Shown: positions 10,201-20,413 of the stretch, piece by piece
How the letters are laid out: every line of letters starts with the position of its first letter
Numbering within the stretch: the stretch's first letter is position 1
Source: a virus
Lineage: Duplodnaviria; Heunggongvirae; Uroviricota; Caudoviricetes
Length of the DNA stretch: 64,000 bases
Strand: one strand, 5' to 3'
IMG/VR virus record: IMGVR_UViG_2681813233_000007
Made by a program: the position numbers and the translations under genes
The notes under the pieces: generated by a model
Told to the model about the DNA's origin: nothing
What the model saw: only the letters and a program-made list of their open reading frames with translations
Databases searched by the model: none

Positions 10201-10425
10201 ATGGTTAATGCCAATCCTTGCTCACGTCCAGAATTCATCTGGCGTTTCCACTCCCTGCAAAAACACTGCGATCACTTCGCAATTGCCGCAACCGAAAAAG
10301 AAGCCCGTTCTCTGATCCCTGATCAGTATGGTGTTCTTACTGGTCGTTTCTCTACTTCCCCACAACCAAACACTAATCCCTGGTATCGCAATATTACCAA
10401 TCCCGGAATTGCGGAGGCACACTGA
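10201..10425 (+). CDS. Icd-like small protein (copy 1)
   Basis: 74 aa, motif EFIWRF(H/Y)S.QKH shared with the paralog at 49445; directly upstream of the Ant-like gene as in P1 immI. Confidence 0.5.
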   Translation: MVNANPCSRPEFIWRFHSLQKHCDHFAIAATEKEARSLIPDQYGVLTGRFSTSPQPNTNPWYRNITNPGIAEAH

Positions 10426-11132
10426 TGGAAATCTGCATTCTTGAAAAGCCATCAATGACCAGCATTGAGATCGCGGAGCTGGTGGGAAGTCGCCCGGATA
10501 ACGTTAAACGCACTATTGAACGCTTGAGTAAATCAGGTGTTATTCCACTTCCTCCAATGGAGGTTTCCGAAAATATCAATAACTTAGGATTTAAAGTTAA
10601 AAATTCACACTACGTCTTCGAAGGCGAGCAAGGCAAGCGTGACAGTATCATTGTCGTTGCGCAGCTTTCTCCCGAATTCACCGCCCGGCTGGTGGACCGC
10701 TGGCGCGAACTGGAAGAACAAGTACGCCAGCCGTTGACCGAAATAGAGATGATCGCCGCAATGGCTGCAAATGCAGTTCAGCAGCAAAAGCGGCTTCATG
10801 TTGTTGAGTCAAAGGTTAGCCAGGTGGTAGAAACCGTCGAGCAAATCAAGAAGGGCAACATGCCGGAAGGCTACATTGGCTACCGCCAGCTGGCGGCGAA
10901 ATGTGGCCTGACTGAAGCCAAATGCCGAAACCTGGTCAACGCTTACCGGATTCCCACCGATACACATGAGTTTTTAACTCCAGAGGGGGTATTGTCGCGT
11001 CGTTCCATCGTGGCCTTATCTCCCTTCATGAATGCTTTTAACCGGATGATGTCGGAGGCTGAACACCGAGGAAAACGCTGGTATCACCCCAAAATGGGGC
11101 AATTCCAGGTGATCGGTTGGGGAGGTGAGTGA
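10425..11132 (+). CDS. Antirepressor-like protein (Ant/KilA-type), copy 1
   Basis: 235 aa; N-terminal MTSIEIAELVG..DNVKRTIE shared with the 313-aa paralog at 49660. Confidence 0.55.
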   Translation: MEICILEKPSMTSIEIAELVGSRPDNVKRTIERLSKSGVIPLPPMEVSENINNLGFKVKNSHYVFEGEQGKRDSIIVVAQLSPEFTARLVDRWRELEEQVRQPLTEIEMIAAMAANAVQQQKRLHVVESKVSQVVETVEQIKKGNMPEGYIGYRQLAAKCGLTEAKCRNLVNAYRIPTDTHEFLTPEGVLSRRSIVALSPFMNAFNRMMSEAEHRGKRWYHPKMGQFQVIGWGGE

Positions 11133-11329
11133 TGGACATCATGCAGGCGGTAAAAAAAATCAGGGAAGGACATGCTGAAGTGTGCCGCCGTAAAGCATGG
11201 AGTGTTGGTGTATGGGCCTGGCCTGATAATTACTCTACTACCGGATGGTTTTGTATTAATGGACTCCAGATCCGGGAAGTTGATTTATCGACGGCTGATA
11301 TAGTCGGTAATGATTGGATCGTGACTTGA
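11129..11329 (+). CDS. Small hypothetical protein
   Basis: 66 aa ORF overlapping the ant stop; weak. Confidence 0.25.
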   Translation: MMDIMQAVKKIREGHAEVCRRKAWSVGVWAWPDNYSTTGWFCINGLQIREVDLSTADIVGNDWIVT

Positions 11330-11337
11330 AGCGTGAT

Positions 11338-11362
11338 GCCCCGGCCTGGCCGGGGCTTTTTT
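11338..11362. terminator. Bidirectional terminator hairpin GCCCCGGCC-TGG-CCGGGGC plus T-run
   Basis: Perfect 9/7-bp GC stem with TTTTTT; nearly the same hairpin recurs after the second ant copy. Confidence 0.6.
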
Positions 11363-11847
11363 CATGCCTCATTAGTTGAGGTTGCTGCGTCTCCGACTGG
11401 TAACAGAGCGGTATTGCGTGGTTCGCCAGCAGGCCAGCGATAGCCAGACACTCTTGATGTTGGGAATGCGCGAATATTAACCGCATCCCCCTGGTTCCCA
11501 CCCAGGACAAGCAGATCGCCATTGGCGCGGCGTCCGACAACGAAGCCTACGTGCCCACCGCCTACGCGGGTAAATACAACGATACATCCGTATGCCGGTG
11601 TATCTAATTTCTCGCCCCAATCCAGATAGGATTTTGCCGACTCAAATCTTGTTGAGCGGATGCCTACACGTTCCAGCATTGCACCGACAAATGCTGCGCA
11701 CCACGGCGTTTCATCGTCTTTAATTCCGCCGCGCTTGATGTCGCGCCAGAACTGAACGATTTCAGGGTTGTGTTTAGCGCCTTTTATTTCAGTCAGGCCA
11801 ATGTGCTTACGGGCTTCAATTAGCCAGCGAGGTTCAATGTTTGCCAT
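11362..11847 (-). CDS. Cell-wall peptidase-like protein (NlpC/P60- or CHAP-like Cys/His hydrolase)
   Basis: 161 aa; conserved Cys (TPWCAAFV) and His (GGHVGFVVG) in the typical spacing. Confidence 0.5.
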   Translation of the reverse strand: MANIEPRWLIEARKHIGLTEIKGAKHNPEIVQFWRDIKRGGIKDDETPWCAAFVGAMLERVGIRSTRFESAKSYLDWGEKLDTPAYGCIVVFTRVGGGHVGFVVGRRANGDLLVLGGNQGDAVNIRAFPTSRVSGYRWPAGEPRNTALLPVGDAATSTNEA

Positions 11848-11996
11848 ATTTTTCTCCCGGTCATGGGTTAATAAGTAGGCAAACTATGGGGAGTATGTGA
11901 TTTTGACGGTAGTATCGTCCCCTGAAAATAACATTCTCCATACCCTCTCAACCGTACCGCATAGCGGAATTTTTACGGTTTAGAGGGGGAAATCCT

Positions 11997-14900
11997 TTGG
12001 ACAAACTACTTTATTCAATCAGTGAAGCCTCCAGCTTAGGCGAACTGATTGAAATTGTTAGTCGGTTGCATAAATTACGTGCTGTTGCGACCTTTGGCGT
12101 CAGGAAAGCCGATGGCGTCAGTATTCAGAAAACACGTCGTGCAGCAAACAATGCCGCAGTAAATCTTCTTAATTCCCTTCCGCCCGGCTTCGATGGGGCG
12201 AAATTAACTGACGAACAACGTCAGATTCTTGCCGGGTATACCGGTGAAGGCGGCCTGACAGATGGTGAGGGCAGCCAATACGAATACTACACGCCACAGT
12301 TTATGGCTGAAGGTATATGGGATCTGTTTGCTGACTACGGTATTGATGGCGGGCACGTACTGGAACCATCAGCGGGCACAGGTATTTTCCAGGAGACAAA
12401 ACGGCAGGGCATGATAATGACCAGCGCCGAACTGTCTCCGATTTCTGGTCGAATAAACCAGCTTTTGCACCCGGAAGACGATGTGAATATCGGGGCGTTT
12501 GAGGCGCTGGCGGCGAAAGATGCAATGTATGACCACGCTGTTGGTAACGTACCGTTTGGTGAAGGGCGTTCCGGCGTCGCCGGTCTTGATCCGGCATATG
12601 CAAACGAGAAGAACGTTGGCAATTACTTTGTGCTGCGCACGATCGACAAGGTTAAGCCTGGTGGGCTTATCGTATTGGTGGTGCCGAATGGCATGACTGA
12701 TGGTACGAAATACAAAAAATTGCGCGATAAAGTCAGCCGTAAAGCGGAATTTTTGGGCGCGCATCGTATGCCTTCCGGTACGTTCAGTGAATCAGGTACA
12801 GATACCGTGGTGGACGTATGGGTATTGCGTAAACACCCGGAAGCCTTCCTGGAGATGATCCCCGATACGGATGATTCGACGCTCAAATCGGCAAACGTCC
12901 TTTGGGATACCTTCCTCAAAGGAAAATGGTTTACAACCGAAGGGAAGCGATTTGTTTACGGCGACATGGAACGTACCAGCTTCCGCAATACCCTGGTGGT
13001 GAAAAAAGACGGTCGTGTATCCAATGAGTCGATGAAAACCGCGCTATCTCGTCGCTTTGATAGTCGCATCAATTGGGATTTGCTCGGCGTAACTACTCAG
13101 GCATGGCAGGGCGCGAAAGTGGGCGATAAACGCCTTGTAGGCGGTATCTGGCATGAGTTTGATGGTCTGAAATGGGTTAAGGACACGACAACCAAATCCT
13201 CCGCGCTTGATGTAAGTCGATATGGTGTTTCGACGTTTGGCGATCTGCAGATCGCGTTCCAGTCAACAAACGGGATTCTGGCTTTGTCATGGGACCAGAT
13301 ATCGGCGATCGCGTCCGACTATCCATCGGTTGTCAGTGATGAAGTGGCAGCAATGATTCGCTTTGCTGGCAAGCAGCGAGAAAAAGACAGGGAGCGCGTT
13401 ATGCGCGGTGCACTGATAGGTCAGTTGATCAACAAGGCACTTGATTTGCGTAACCTGGGGGTGAACGTTGATGACAAACTGGCAGATGCATCCCGCCTGG
13501 CGGCAGCAGAAGTTGCGAAGTATGGACCACCGCACGCGATTAAGCTGAATGGGCTTGCTGAAGCTGGCGCTAAAAACTGGATGACGTTCACTGGCAATGT
13601 GAAACAGGATGGTTCCACTTCTGACCTTCTGGCAGGGCGACTTGATGTAACGGATGGTGCTGCCGGTATTGACTTTACGCGTCCTGAACAAGTGATAGCA
13701 CATCTTTTTAGTGATGTAGCCCTTAATCCTATAACGCTGGGCGACTTTCGTGAGGCGTTTGCTGGTGAACTGCCAGAGGACGACGACGCGGCCCTTGAAT
13801 ACCTGGCGAAATTTGATGATATCGCTATTGATGGGTATGGCTGTCTGCTGCCGATGGACCGCGCCACCAGCGGCGATGTTGCAACCAAAACAGCACTGCT
13901 GGTGGGTTGGCGTGATGCGTCAACAGGTGAGCAGAAAGCGAACTTTGAGCGTCAGTTGGCGAAAATCGAAGAGAAACGCATTTTCACGCCACTAAATAAA
14001 GTCACCGTTAATCTGAACGCCCGCTGGCTGGATCGCCGCTTGATAAAAGAGTTCCTGGCAGAGCAGGGCTATGACGAGTTTAAGTACACTGAACCTGATC
14101 TGAAGGTCGTCGATGGCATTCTGGTATCTCCGGACGATTACGAAGGTAAGGACGGGGTATTTACCGGCTATCAGCTACGAACCGTAAACGGCAAAAACGG
14201 GAATGAGTTCAAGAAGGCCAACAATAAAGACGGCTTCCTGAACCAGTTAGAAAACTACCTGAACGGTGTTAAACCGCGTGGGCAGAACGCTAACGAGTAC
14301 CTGGATAAAATTGCTCAACTGGAAGTTAGCTTTAACGACTGGTTACGCACTCACCCGCAGGCTGATCAGATAGCCCGCGAGTATAACGACGCATTCAATG
14401 GTTTCATTCCGTTCACGCATTCTGACGCACCGCTTGGCCTGGAAGGGATTAGTGGAAAGCGCATTCCTCTGACTTATCAGAATGAAGAAGTTCGGCGCTT
14501 GTCAGAAGATGGGCGCGGCATCATGGGATTTGGTACCGGGCTGGGTAAAACCACGACCGCGCTTGCGCTTGAGGCGTATAACTTCGAAACAGGTCGCACT
14601 AAACGCACGTGTATTGTTGTTCCGAAGGCGGTTTATCAGAACTGGTATCACGAGGCACAGAGTTTCTACAGTGCTGATGCCTTCGCCAATATGATGTTTA
14701 TCGGTTTGGATGAAGTTCGTGATGACAGCGGAAATATTCTGACCGCGCCGGTGCTTGATGAAAATGGCGAACCACGCCTCGACAGTAACGGGCAGCCTCT
14801 TACCAGAAATGTTGTGAAAGAGTCCGCCAGCGCCGTTATCGTTCAGCGCATGAACATGATCCCGTCGTCAAATTGGCGAACGGTCATCATGACAAAAGAA

Positions 14901-17900
14901 CAATTCGCGTCTATCCCGCTACGAGAAAAAACCATCGAGGAGAACTCACAGCAAGCTGTCTTTAATGCTGTGGAAATGGGGCGTCTTGACCTGGCGTCTG
15001 GCAAACACCGTGATGCACAGAAGAAGAACAAGATTAAGGATCAGGCCGCGAATACCGGTACAACGAAGAAGCAGAATATCCCGTACTTTGAGGATATGAA
15101 CTTCGATAGCGTGATTGCCGACGAGGGGCATAACTACCGCAACTCCTTTAATGCCGGGCGTGAAGCGGGACAACTGGCATATTTGCCTAACCCGGCAGTA
15201 TCCAAGATGGCCCGCGACATGGCTGTAAAAGCTGCGTACATGATGAAACGCAACAACGGACGTGGTGTAGTCATGCTGACGGCAACTCCGCTGGTGAACA
15301 GTCCGATTGATGCCTTCAACATGCTGTCTACTGTCATTCCGCAGGAAGAGTGGATGCGCATGGGCATCATTACGCCTGATGATTTCGTTCGTGTGTTTGG
15401 CAAAACAGCCACAGTTCAGGTCCAGAAAATTTCCGGGGAAGTGGAAGAGAAGCAGGGGCTGGTGGGCTTCCAGAACCTTGACGGCCTGCGTGGTATTTTC
15501 CATCGTTGGACCACTCTGAAGACTGCTGCAGATGTCGGAGCGACGGTTAAAATTCCCGACATCATTGAGAACACCTTGCAGATCCCGATGACAGGGGAGC
15601 AGGAGACTGCTTATGAAGAGCTTCGTAAGCGTGCTCAGGAGTTAAGTCGCAATGATGAGCTGACAGTCGATGAAAACGGGCATATCACTAACGACAAACC
15701 AGATGATTTCATCTTCTCCATCATCCGTGACATGGACAAGGTTGCTATAGACCCGGATCTGTATGCCAGTGCGATTACATTCCAGTTCCCCGTTGAGCTT
15801 GCAGACCAGGTAAAAGCTATTGCTGATGCCTTGCCAAAAGTAGCTGGCGGTAAAGTGGCAGATGATGTTGATGAGGCCGAGGAAGACGGCGCTGGCGGGC
15901 TGGTCAGTACGCGTACCAGCAAGGTAGTGAAGACCGCTTTTAGTGAACATCCGACGCATGTTGAAATACGTGCCAGCATTGAACTGGAAGCTGAAATACT
16001 GAAGGCCATTGCGGCTGCCGGTATTGATATGCAGCAGGTATCGCACCCCATCCCGCCGAAGTATGCCGCGCTGATCGAAAATCTTCGTGAAGGTCTGAAG
16101 AACGGTAAGCAGATCGTCTTTATTGATGAAAAAGCCCAGCACCAGAAGCTGCGCCGTATTATCGCCAGTGCACTGCAAATGCCGGAGCAGGAGATTGGCA
16201 TTATCAATGCGACGACAGTTAGCCAGGCTGGCGGCATCAAGCTGAAGAAGGTGAATAAGCCGACCGAACCTACTCCAAACAAAAACGGTGAATACAAAGA
16301 AGGGGCATGGGAAACCTACTACAGCAAACTTGCACAATATGAGGATTATCTCTCAGCTAAAAATGATGCTGGCCTTGAGGGCATGGAAGGTATTGCCGCC
16401 GACTATAACGAAGGTCGCACGCGCATCATAATCTGTAACAAGAAGGCTGAAGTAGGTATTAACCTGCACATCGGGACAACCGATATCCATCACCTGACAC
16501 TACCCTGGACACCAGCCAGTATCGACCAACGAAATGGGCGCGGTGCGCGCGTAGGTTCACCGCAAGAAAAGGTCAATGTTCACTACTATTGTGGCAAAGG
16601 CACATTCGATGACTTCCGTCTGGATACGCTGAAACGTAAGAAAGACTGGATCAAGATGGTGATGACATCCGACATGTCAGAGATCGCCAATGGTGATGCG
16701 GATGATGCTGATGAACGCGCCATTATGCTGGCGGCAAACCCGGAAGAACGCCGCGCAATCATGGCTCGCCAGGCGCAAGTGCGTGAAGAACGTCTGAAAC
16801 TGAAAGCACAGCGCGAGGCCAACAATGCTCTCGATATCTACCTGAAAGCGGCAAACGCCGCCGGAAAAGATATCGGCATGATGGAGACAGAACTGAAAAG
16901 CGCGATGGAACAGATAGAGTATTACCAGCGCAATCTTGACGACCTGATAAAAGCGGGTACGAACAGGAATGGGCAAAAATACGCGCTTGAGCAGTTGAGT
17001 AGCTACAGAAAACGTGCGCGGGTGCTGCGGTTTGCGATCACCAGGGCAAAAGACGCGGATACCATAATGAAACGCTCTCGTGGTGATGTGGAGCGCGCTA
17101 TTAAGTCTGGTGTGCTGGATATCAGTATCGATGTTATTCAGAACCCACAGGAATATATGCGCACTGACAAGAATATCCTGTTGCATAAAGGTAGTTATTA
17201 CCGTGCAGTCATTGATGATCGCGAAACAACAGCGATTGTCCGGGTGGAAAAAATTGACGGTGAAAAAGCACAATACATCTGTCGTATCGCCTGGCTGGAT
17301 AGAGCAAGTCGTTACGCTCGATCACCGGGGTCAATCGTTACATTGCCGTTTGACTCTGTGATTGAAGCGGTAACTTTTGAAGAGGGGGTTGCTGAATCGC
17401 GCGCAACGGCTGCGCGTGGTGTTCAGTGCCACCAGCTATCAACAATACTTACTCGCGATCAGTTCTATGATGCTATTCGCAATGGGGTAATGAATGTTAT
17501 TGCTGGTAAACCTGGTAATGCATGGGGCGGTGGATCAGCTATTAAATACTGGGCATATCGCACAGAAGATGGTCAGATCGCGCTGTCATCGGCCTATGAT
17601 GGCGTGATAGGCCAAAAAATCGGGCGAGCATCGGATATAGCACCTGAACGATGGATATATCCTGATGGCAACGACGAGGCGCTGAAGCGTGAAGTGGCAA
17701 AAATACAAGCCAGTGATAACCCGCTGAATATCGTGGACGGAGAGGGATTCCTCCAGGCATTGTATGGGTATGATTACATCCAGGGAATGCAGGCATGGGG
17801 CGCACAGGCAACGATGGATGATGTTGCCAAGGAGTTCGAAAACTGGATGGCTGGGCGTGGTCTGTCAGGTCGTTCGCTTAATAAAGTCACTTCTGAAGAT

Positions 17901-18833
17901 ATTCTTAGCTTGTTCCGTAAACCGTCCGGAGAAGGTCTGGAATCATTCTGGAGGACCGTGCTGGCATACCGTTTATTCCAGGGCAGGATGAAAGCCTTTA
18001 GCAATATCGATGATATTGAACGGATGTTTAATCAGGTCAAGATCGCGAAAATTAAGGCGAAGATCGAAAAAACACGTTCTGCGCTGGTGGCCTGGCGCGA
18101 TGCATTGTTTGAGCAATATAAATCACTCAGTGATGCAGATGGATGGGCGGCGCTGGAACAGTTGACGAATAATGGGGTAGATGGGGCGAAACTCGCCATT
18201 GTCCAGGCTGATAACCCCCTGGAATCACCGGCAGCACAGTGGATTAAGGTGGGGGCTGTCATCAATGCATTTGATGAAAAACACATTAGTAAGGACGATT
18301 TTGCTGATGCTGTTTCTGTTAATCGCCTGGTAGAAATGGCTACCCGCCGCGCCCGTGAGTTGAAAGATGGCGACTATGTGAATGAGTTGCCGGATACGCT
18401 CAAATCGGCAACGTGGCAGGACTATGTATCGCTGAAAAACGGCGGGGCCACTGAATCAGAGATCGCGGAAAGGCTTGAGCAGGCTGAAAGCAAAAGAGAA
18501 GAGCAGGCGGCAGTGGCTGAAGCCAGAGCTGATGAAGCGGCAAATGATGACTATATCATTGTGGTTAATGATAAGCCTATTCGCGCTAAGGCGCGTGTTC
18601 GCGGGCGCTGGTGGAGCGTCAGCGAGGACGTTGGCGCGGTTTATCTCATTGCCGACCAACCAGGTTCCTCGACAATACGGAACGCCAAAGACGCGATTAA
18701 GAAGATTGGCGGGCGTTTCTGGAATTTTGAAGTGAATCCGGTCGCGGATGTGGACTTTGACCGTCCGGCGTGGATGGTATCTACGCGTTACTCGGTAGAT
18801 GAACTGCGTAAAATAATCGCCGATGCGGCTTAA
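11997..18833 (+). CDS. darB: DarB-like giant antirestriction protein: N6-adenine methyltransferase fused to SF2 helicase
   Basis: 2278 aa; SAM motif VLEPSAGTGIF, NVPFG (NPPF-like), helicase Walker A GFGTGLGKTT and DEGH box; size matches P1 DarB. Confidence 0.85.
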   Translation: MDKLLYSISEASSLGELIEIVSRLHKLRAVATFGVRKADGVSIQKTRRAANNAAVNLLNSLPPGFDGAKLTDEQRQILAGYTGEGGLTDGEGSQYEYYTPQFMAEGIWDLFADYGIDGGHVLEPSAGTGIFQETKRQGMIMTSAELSPISGRINQLLHPEDDVNIGAFEALAAKDAMYDHAVGNVPFGEGRSGVAGLDPAYANEKNVGNYFVLRTIDKVKPGGLIVLVVPNGMTDGTKYKKLRDKVSRKAEFLGAHRMPSGTFSESGTDTVVDVWVLRKHPEAFLEMIPDTDDSTLKSANVLWDTFLKGKWFTTEGKRFVYGDMERTSFRNTLVVKKDGRVSNESMKTALSRRFDSRINWDLLGVTTQAWQGAKVGDKRLVGGIWHEFDGLKWVKDTTTKSSALDVSRYGVSTFGDLQIAFQSTNGILALSWDQISAIASDYPSVVSDEVAAMIRFAGKQREKDRERVMRGALIGQLINKALDLRNLGVNVDDKLADASRLAAAEVAKYGPPHAIKLNGLAEAGAKNWMTFTGNVKQDGSTSDLLAGRLDVTDGAAGIDFTRPEQVIAHLFSDVALNPITLGDFREAFAGELPEDDDAALEYLAKFDDIAIDGYGCLLPMDRATSGDVATKTALLVGWRDASTGEQKANFERQLAKIEEKRIFTPLNKVTVNLNARWLDRRLIKEFLAEQGYDEFKYTEPDLKVVDGILVSPDDYEGKDGVFTGYQLRTVNGKNGNEFKKANNKDGFLNQLENYLNGVKPRGQNANEYLDKIAQLEVSFNDWLRTHPQADQIAREYNDAFNGFIPFTHSDAPLGLEGISGKRIPLTYQNEEVRRLSEDGRGIMGFGTGLGKTTTALALEAYNFETGRTKRTCIVVPKAVYQNWYHEAQSFYSADAFANMMFIGLDEVRDDSGNILTAPVLDENGEPRLDSNGQPLTRNVVKESASAVIVQRMNMIPSSNWRTVIMTKEQFASIPLREKTIEENSQQAVFNAVEMGRLDLASGKHRDAQKKNKIKDQAANTGTTKKQNIPYFEDMNFDSVIADEGHNYRNSFNAGREAGQLAYLPNPAVSKMARDMAVKAAYMMKRNNGRGVVMLTATPLVNSPIDAFNMLSTVIPQEEWMRMGIITPDDFVRVFGKTATVQVQKISGEVEEKQGLVGFQNLDGLRGIFHRWTTLKTAADVGATVKIPDIIENTLQIPMTGEQETAYEELRKRAQELSRNDELTVDENGHITNDKPDDFIFSIIRDMDKVAIDPDLYASAITFQFPVELADQVKAIADALPKVAGGKVADDVDEAEEDGAGGLVSTRTSKVVKTAFSEHPTHVEIRASIELEAEILKAIAAAGIDMQQVSHPIPPKYAALIENLREGLKNGKQIVFIDEKAQHQKLRRIIASALQMPEQEIGIINATTVSQAGGIKLKKVNKPTEPTPNKNGEYKEGAWETYYSKLAQYEDYLSAKNDAGLEGMEGIAADYNEGRTRIIICNKKAEVGINLHIGTTDIHHLTLPWTPASIDQRNGRGARVGSPQEKVNVHYYCGKGTFDDFRLDTLKRKKDWIKMVMTSDMSEIANGDADDADERAIMLAANPEERRAIMARQAQVREERLKLKAQREANNALDIYLKAANAAGKDIGMMETELKSAMEQIEYYQRNLDDLIKAGTNRNGQKYALEQLSSYRKRARVLRFAITRAKDADTIMKRSRGDVERAIKSGVLDISIDVIQNPQEYMRTDKNILLHKGSYYRAVIDDRETTAIVRVEKIDGEKAQYICRIAWLDRASRYARSPGSIVTLPFDSVIEAVTFEEGVAESRATAARGVQCHQLSTILTRDQFYDAIRNGVMNVIAGKPGNAWGGGSAIKYWAYRTEDGQIALSSAYDGVIGQKIGRASDIAPERWIYPDGNDEALKREVAKIQASDNPLNIVDGEGFLQALYGYDYIQGMQAWGAQATMDDVAKEFENWMAGRGLSGRSLNKVTSEDILSLFRKPSGEGLESFWRTVLAYRLFQGRMKAFSNIDDIERMFNQVKIAKIKAKIEKTRSALVAWRDALFEQYKSLSDADGWAALEQLTNNGVDGAKLAIVQADNPLESPAAQWIKVGAVINAFDEKHISKDDFADAVSVNRLVEMATRRARELKDGDYVNELPDTLKSATWQDYVSLKNGGATESEIAERLEQAESKREEQAAVAEARADEAANDDYIIVVNDKPIRAKARVRGRWWSVSEDVGAVYLIADQPGSSTIRNAKDAIKKIGGRFWNFEVNPVADVDFDRPAWMVSTRYSVDELRKIIADAA

Positions 18834-18869
18834 CAGATAAGGAGCGGCCCCAACCGGGGCCGAATTTGA

Positions 18870-19304
18870 ATGACGACACTAATTGACACTGTAAAACCGA
18901 CGGAATCCTACCTTGAGGACATTTTGCCGCAGGCGCTCAATGGCAGGAGTGAAGAGGCGTTTCTGGATGCATATCTGAATGGCATGGTGGAAAGGCTGAA
19001 ACGAGATCCACAGCTTTATCACCTTTATGGGCCGTGGTGGCCTGCGCTTAAAACGTTATTGCTGGAGCGCGGCGACATATCATTTGGACAAGTTGTAGAT
19101 AGTGATGTGGCAGAGATCTACAAAATGAGTCGCCCGGCGCTTACGGTTTTGGCTGGGCATCTGTATTCGAGCGATCGCCTGGAAAATGACGCGGTATACA
19201 ATCCTGTTCATGCTCTGGAAGTCGCACCTTATGCCGATGATACAGAGCCATACGTGTACACAAGTTACGACGAGTCTATAGAGAAATATCGAATCATGGG
19301 GTAG
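18870..19304 (+). CDS. Hypothetical protein
   Basis: 144 aa ORF 36 bp after darB. Confidence 0.4.
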   Translation: MTTLIDTVKPTESYLEDILPQALNGRSEEAFLDAYLNGMVERLKRDPQLYHLYGPWWPALKTLLLERGDISFGQVVDSDVAEIYKMSRPALTVLAGHLYSSDRLENDAVYNPVHALEVAPYADDTEPYVYTSYDESIEKYRIMG

Positions 19305-19306
19305 CC

Positions 19307-19567
19307 ATGCGAAAGAATCGTAGGTTTACGGTCGAAGACCTAAAGGAATATTCCATATCGAAGGGGTATGTCCTTGAGTTCCACCGATACAAGAAGGTTT
19401 TTACGCTGCGAAAAGCAGAAAACCCCGCGAACTGGAGCTGGGTATACTTTCCTCACACCGATGATAAGTTGGTAGAACTTGTTGATGATTTAACCTATGA
19501 AGGTTGGTTGATCGCAATCGACAAGACAATCAAAGAATTATCCGAACAGGATAAAATAACCCTTTAA
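19307..19567 (+). CDS. Hypothetical protein
   Basis: 86 aa ORF, ATG 3 bp after the upstream stop. Confidence 0.4.
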   Translation: MRKNRRFTVEDLKEYSISKGYVLEFHRYKKVFTLRKAENPANWSWVYFPHTDDKLVELVDDLTYEGWLIAIDKTIKELSEQDKITL

Positions 19568-19703
19568 AAATAACAGGTTGGGTAAATGCCATGCGATTTA
19601 CCCTCCTTGTTGATTAAGGTCACTCTTTACTCTAAAAGCAAATCCGACCTGTTGCATATAGACCATCCTTGAGTAGTATCTCTCTTGTTTTATAAATCTA
19701 ACG

Positions 19704-20198
19704 TTGTTGTTATTATTTCGCATATTTACTATCAATAGGTGTGTTAGAAAAATAGCGCGAAAGAGAAGGCGTCGCAGTGAATATTCTGAAACATCCCCAC
19801 ATGCCGCAGCTCTTAGAGAACTGGAGAAAAACCCAGATCTAATCAAAAGGAACCATGAGCATTACGAGCAGGTTCGCGTCCTGGACTGGTTGTATCGCAA
19901 TATGCGTTATGTGTATGAGCATACTCACGCCACTCCAAACGGTGGCCTGCGAGGCATAAGGACGGCAATAAAAATGGTGGCAGAGGGCCAAAAGAAGGGA
20001 TATCCCGATCTTTCTATAGACCTTGCTTGTGGGGGATACCACGGAATGCGCATTGAGATGAAACATGGGAGAAATCGCCTGACTCCCGAACAACTCGTCT
20101 GGATGACCCGCCTCACTGAAGCCGGTTACTACTGCTTTGAGGCGCGCAGTGCCGCTGAAGCCATAAAAGCTATCACGGAGTATGTTTGTCTTGATTAA
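19704..20198 (+). CDS. VRR-NUC-like (PD-(D/E)xK) nuclease domain protein
   Basis: C-terminal GYPDLSI...GGYHGMRIEMK resembles the VRR-NUC signature; track start is TTG, start uncertain. Confidence 0.45.
   Translation: MLLLFRIFTINRCVRKIARKRRRRSEYSETSPHAAALRELEKNPDLIKRNHEHYEQVRVLDWLYRNMRYVYEHTHATPNGGLRGIRTAIKMVAEGQKKGYPDLSIDLACGGYHGMRIEMKHGRNRLTPEQLVWMTRLTEAGYYCFEARSAAEAIKAITEYVCLD
19741..19758 (+). promoter_or_regulatory. Operator-like motif GTGTTAGAAAAATAGCGC
   Basis: Motif family member; lies inside the track ORF 19704, so the true start of that gene is probably downstream. Confidence 0.4.
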
Positions 20199-20212
20199 AC
20201 GGAGAAATCGTT

Positions 20213-20413
20213 TTGCGTTTACTTAACGTGGCAGAACTTATCCCTGCAGGAACTAATGCTATCGCTCGTCGTCGCTCATGGCAGCAGGCTCTATGTATTG
20301 AGATCTCGAAACGTATCAATGGAAGTTTTGAAGCTCGCAATATTGTTACTGGCGATAAGGTTCACATAACCCCGGAAAGTGCAAGCGCTGATGATTGGGA
20401 GTTTGTGCATTGA
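20213..20413 (+). CDS. Small hypothetical protein
   Basis: 66 aa ORF in operon context. Confidence 0.3.
   Translation: MRLLNVAELIPAGTNAIARRRSWQQALCIEISKRINGSFEARNIVTGDKVHITPESASADDWEFVH

Noticed and set aside
12301-18286. Many antisense and alternative-frame ORFs inside darB (e.g. 12369-12764, 13421-13888, 14946-15503, 15642-16337, 16677-17273)
   Set aside because: They lie entirely within the 2278-aa DarB-like ORF, which has coherent MTase and helicase motifs; typical shadow ORFs of a long gene.
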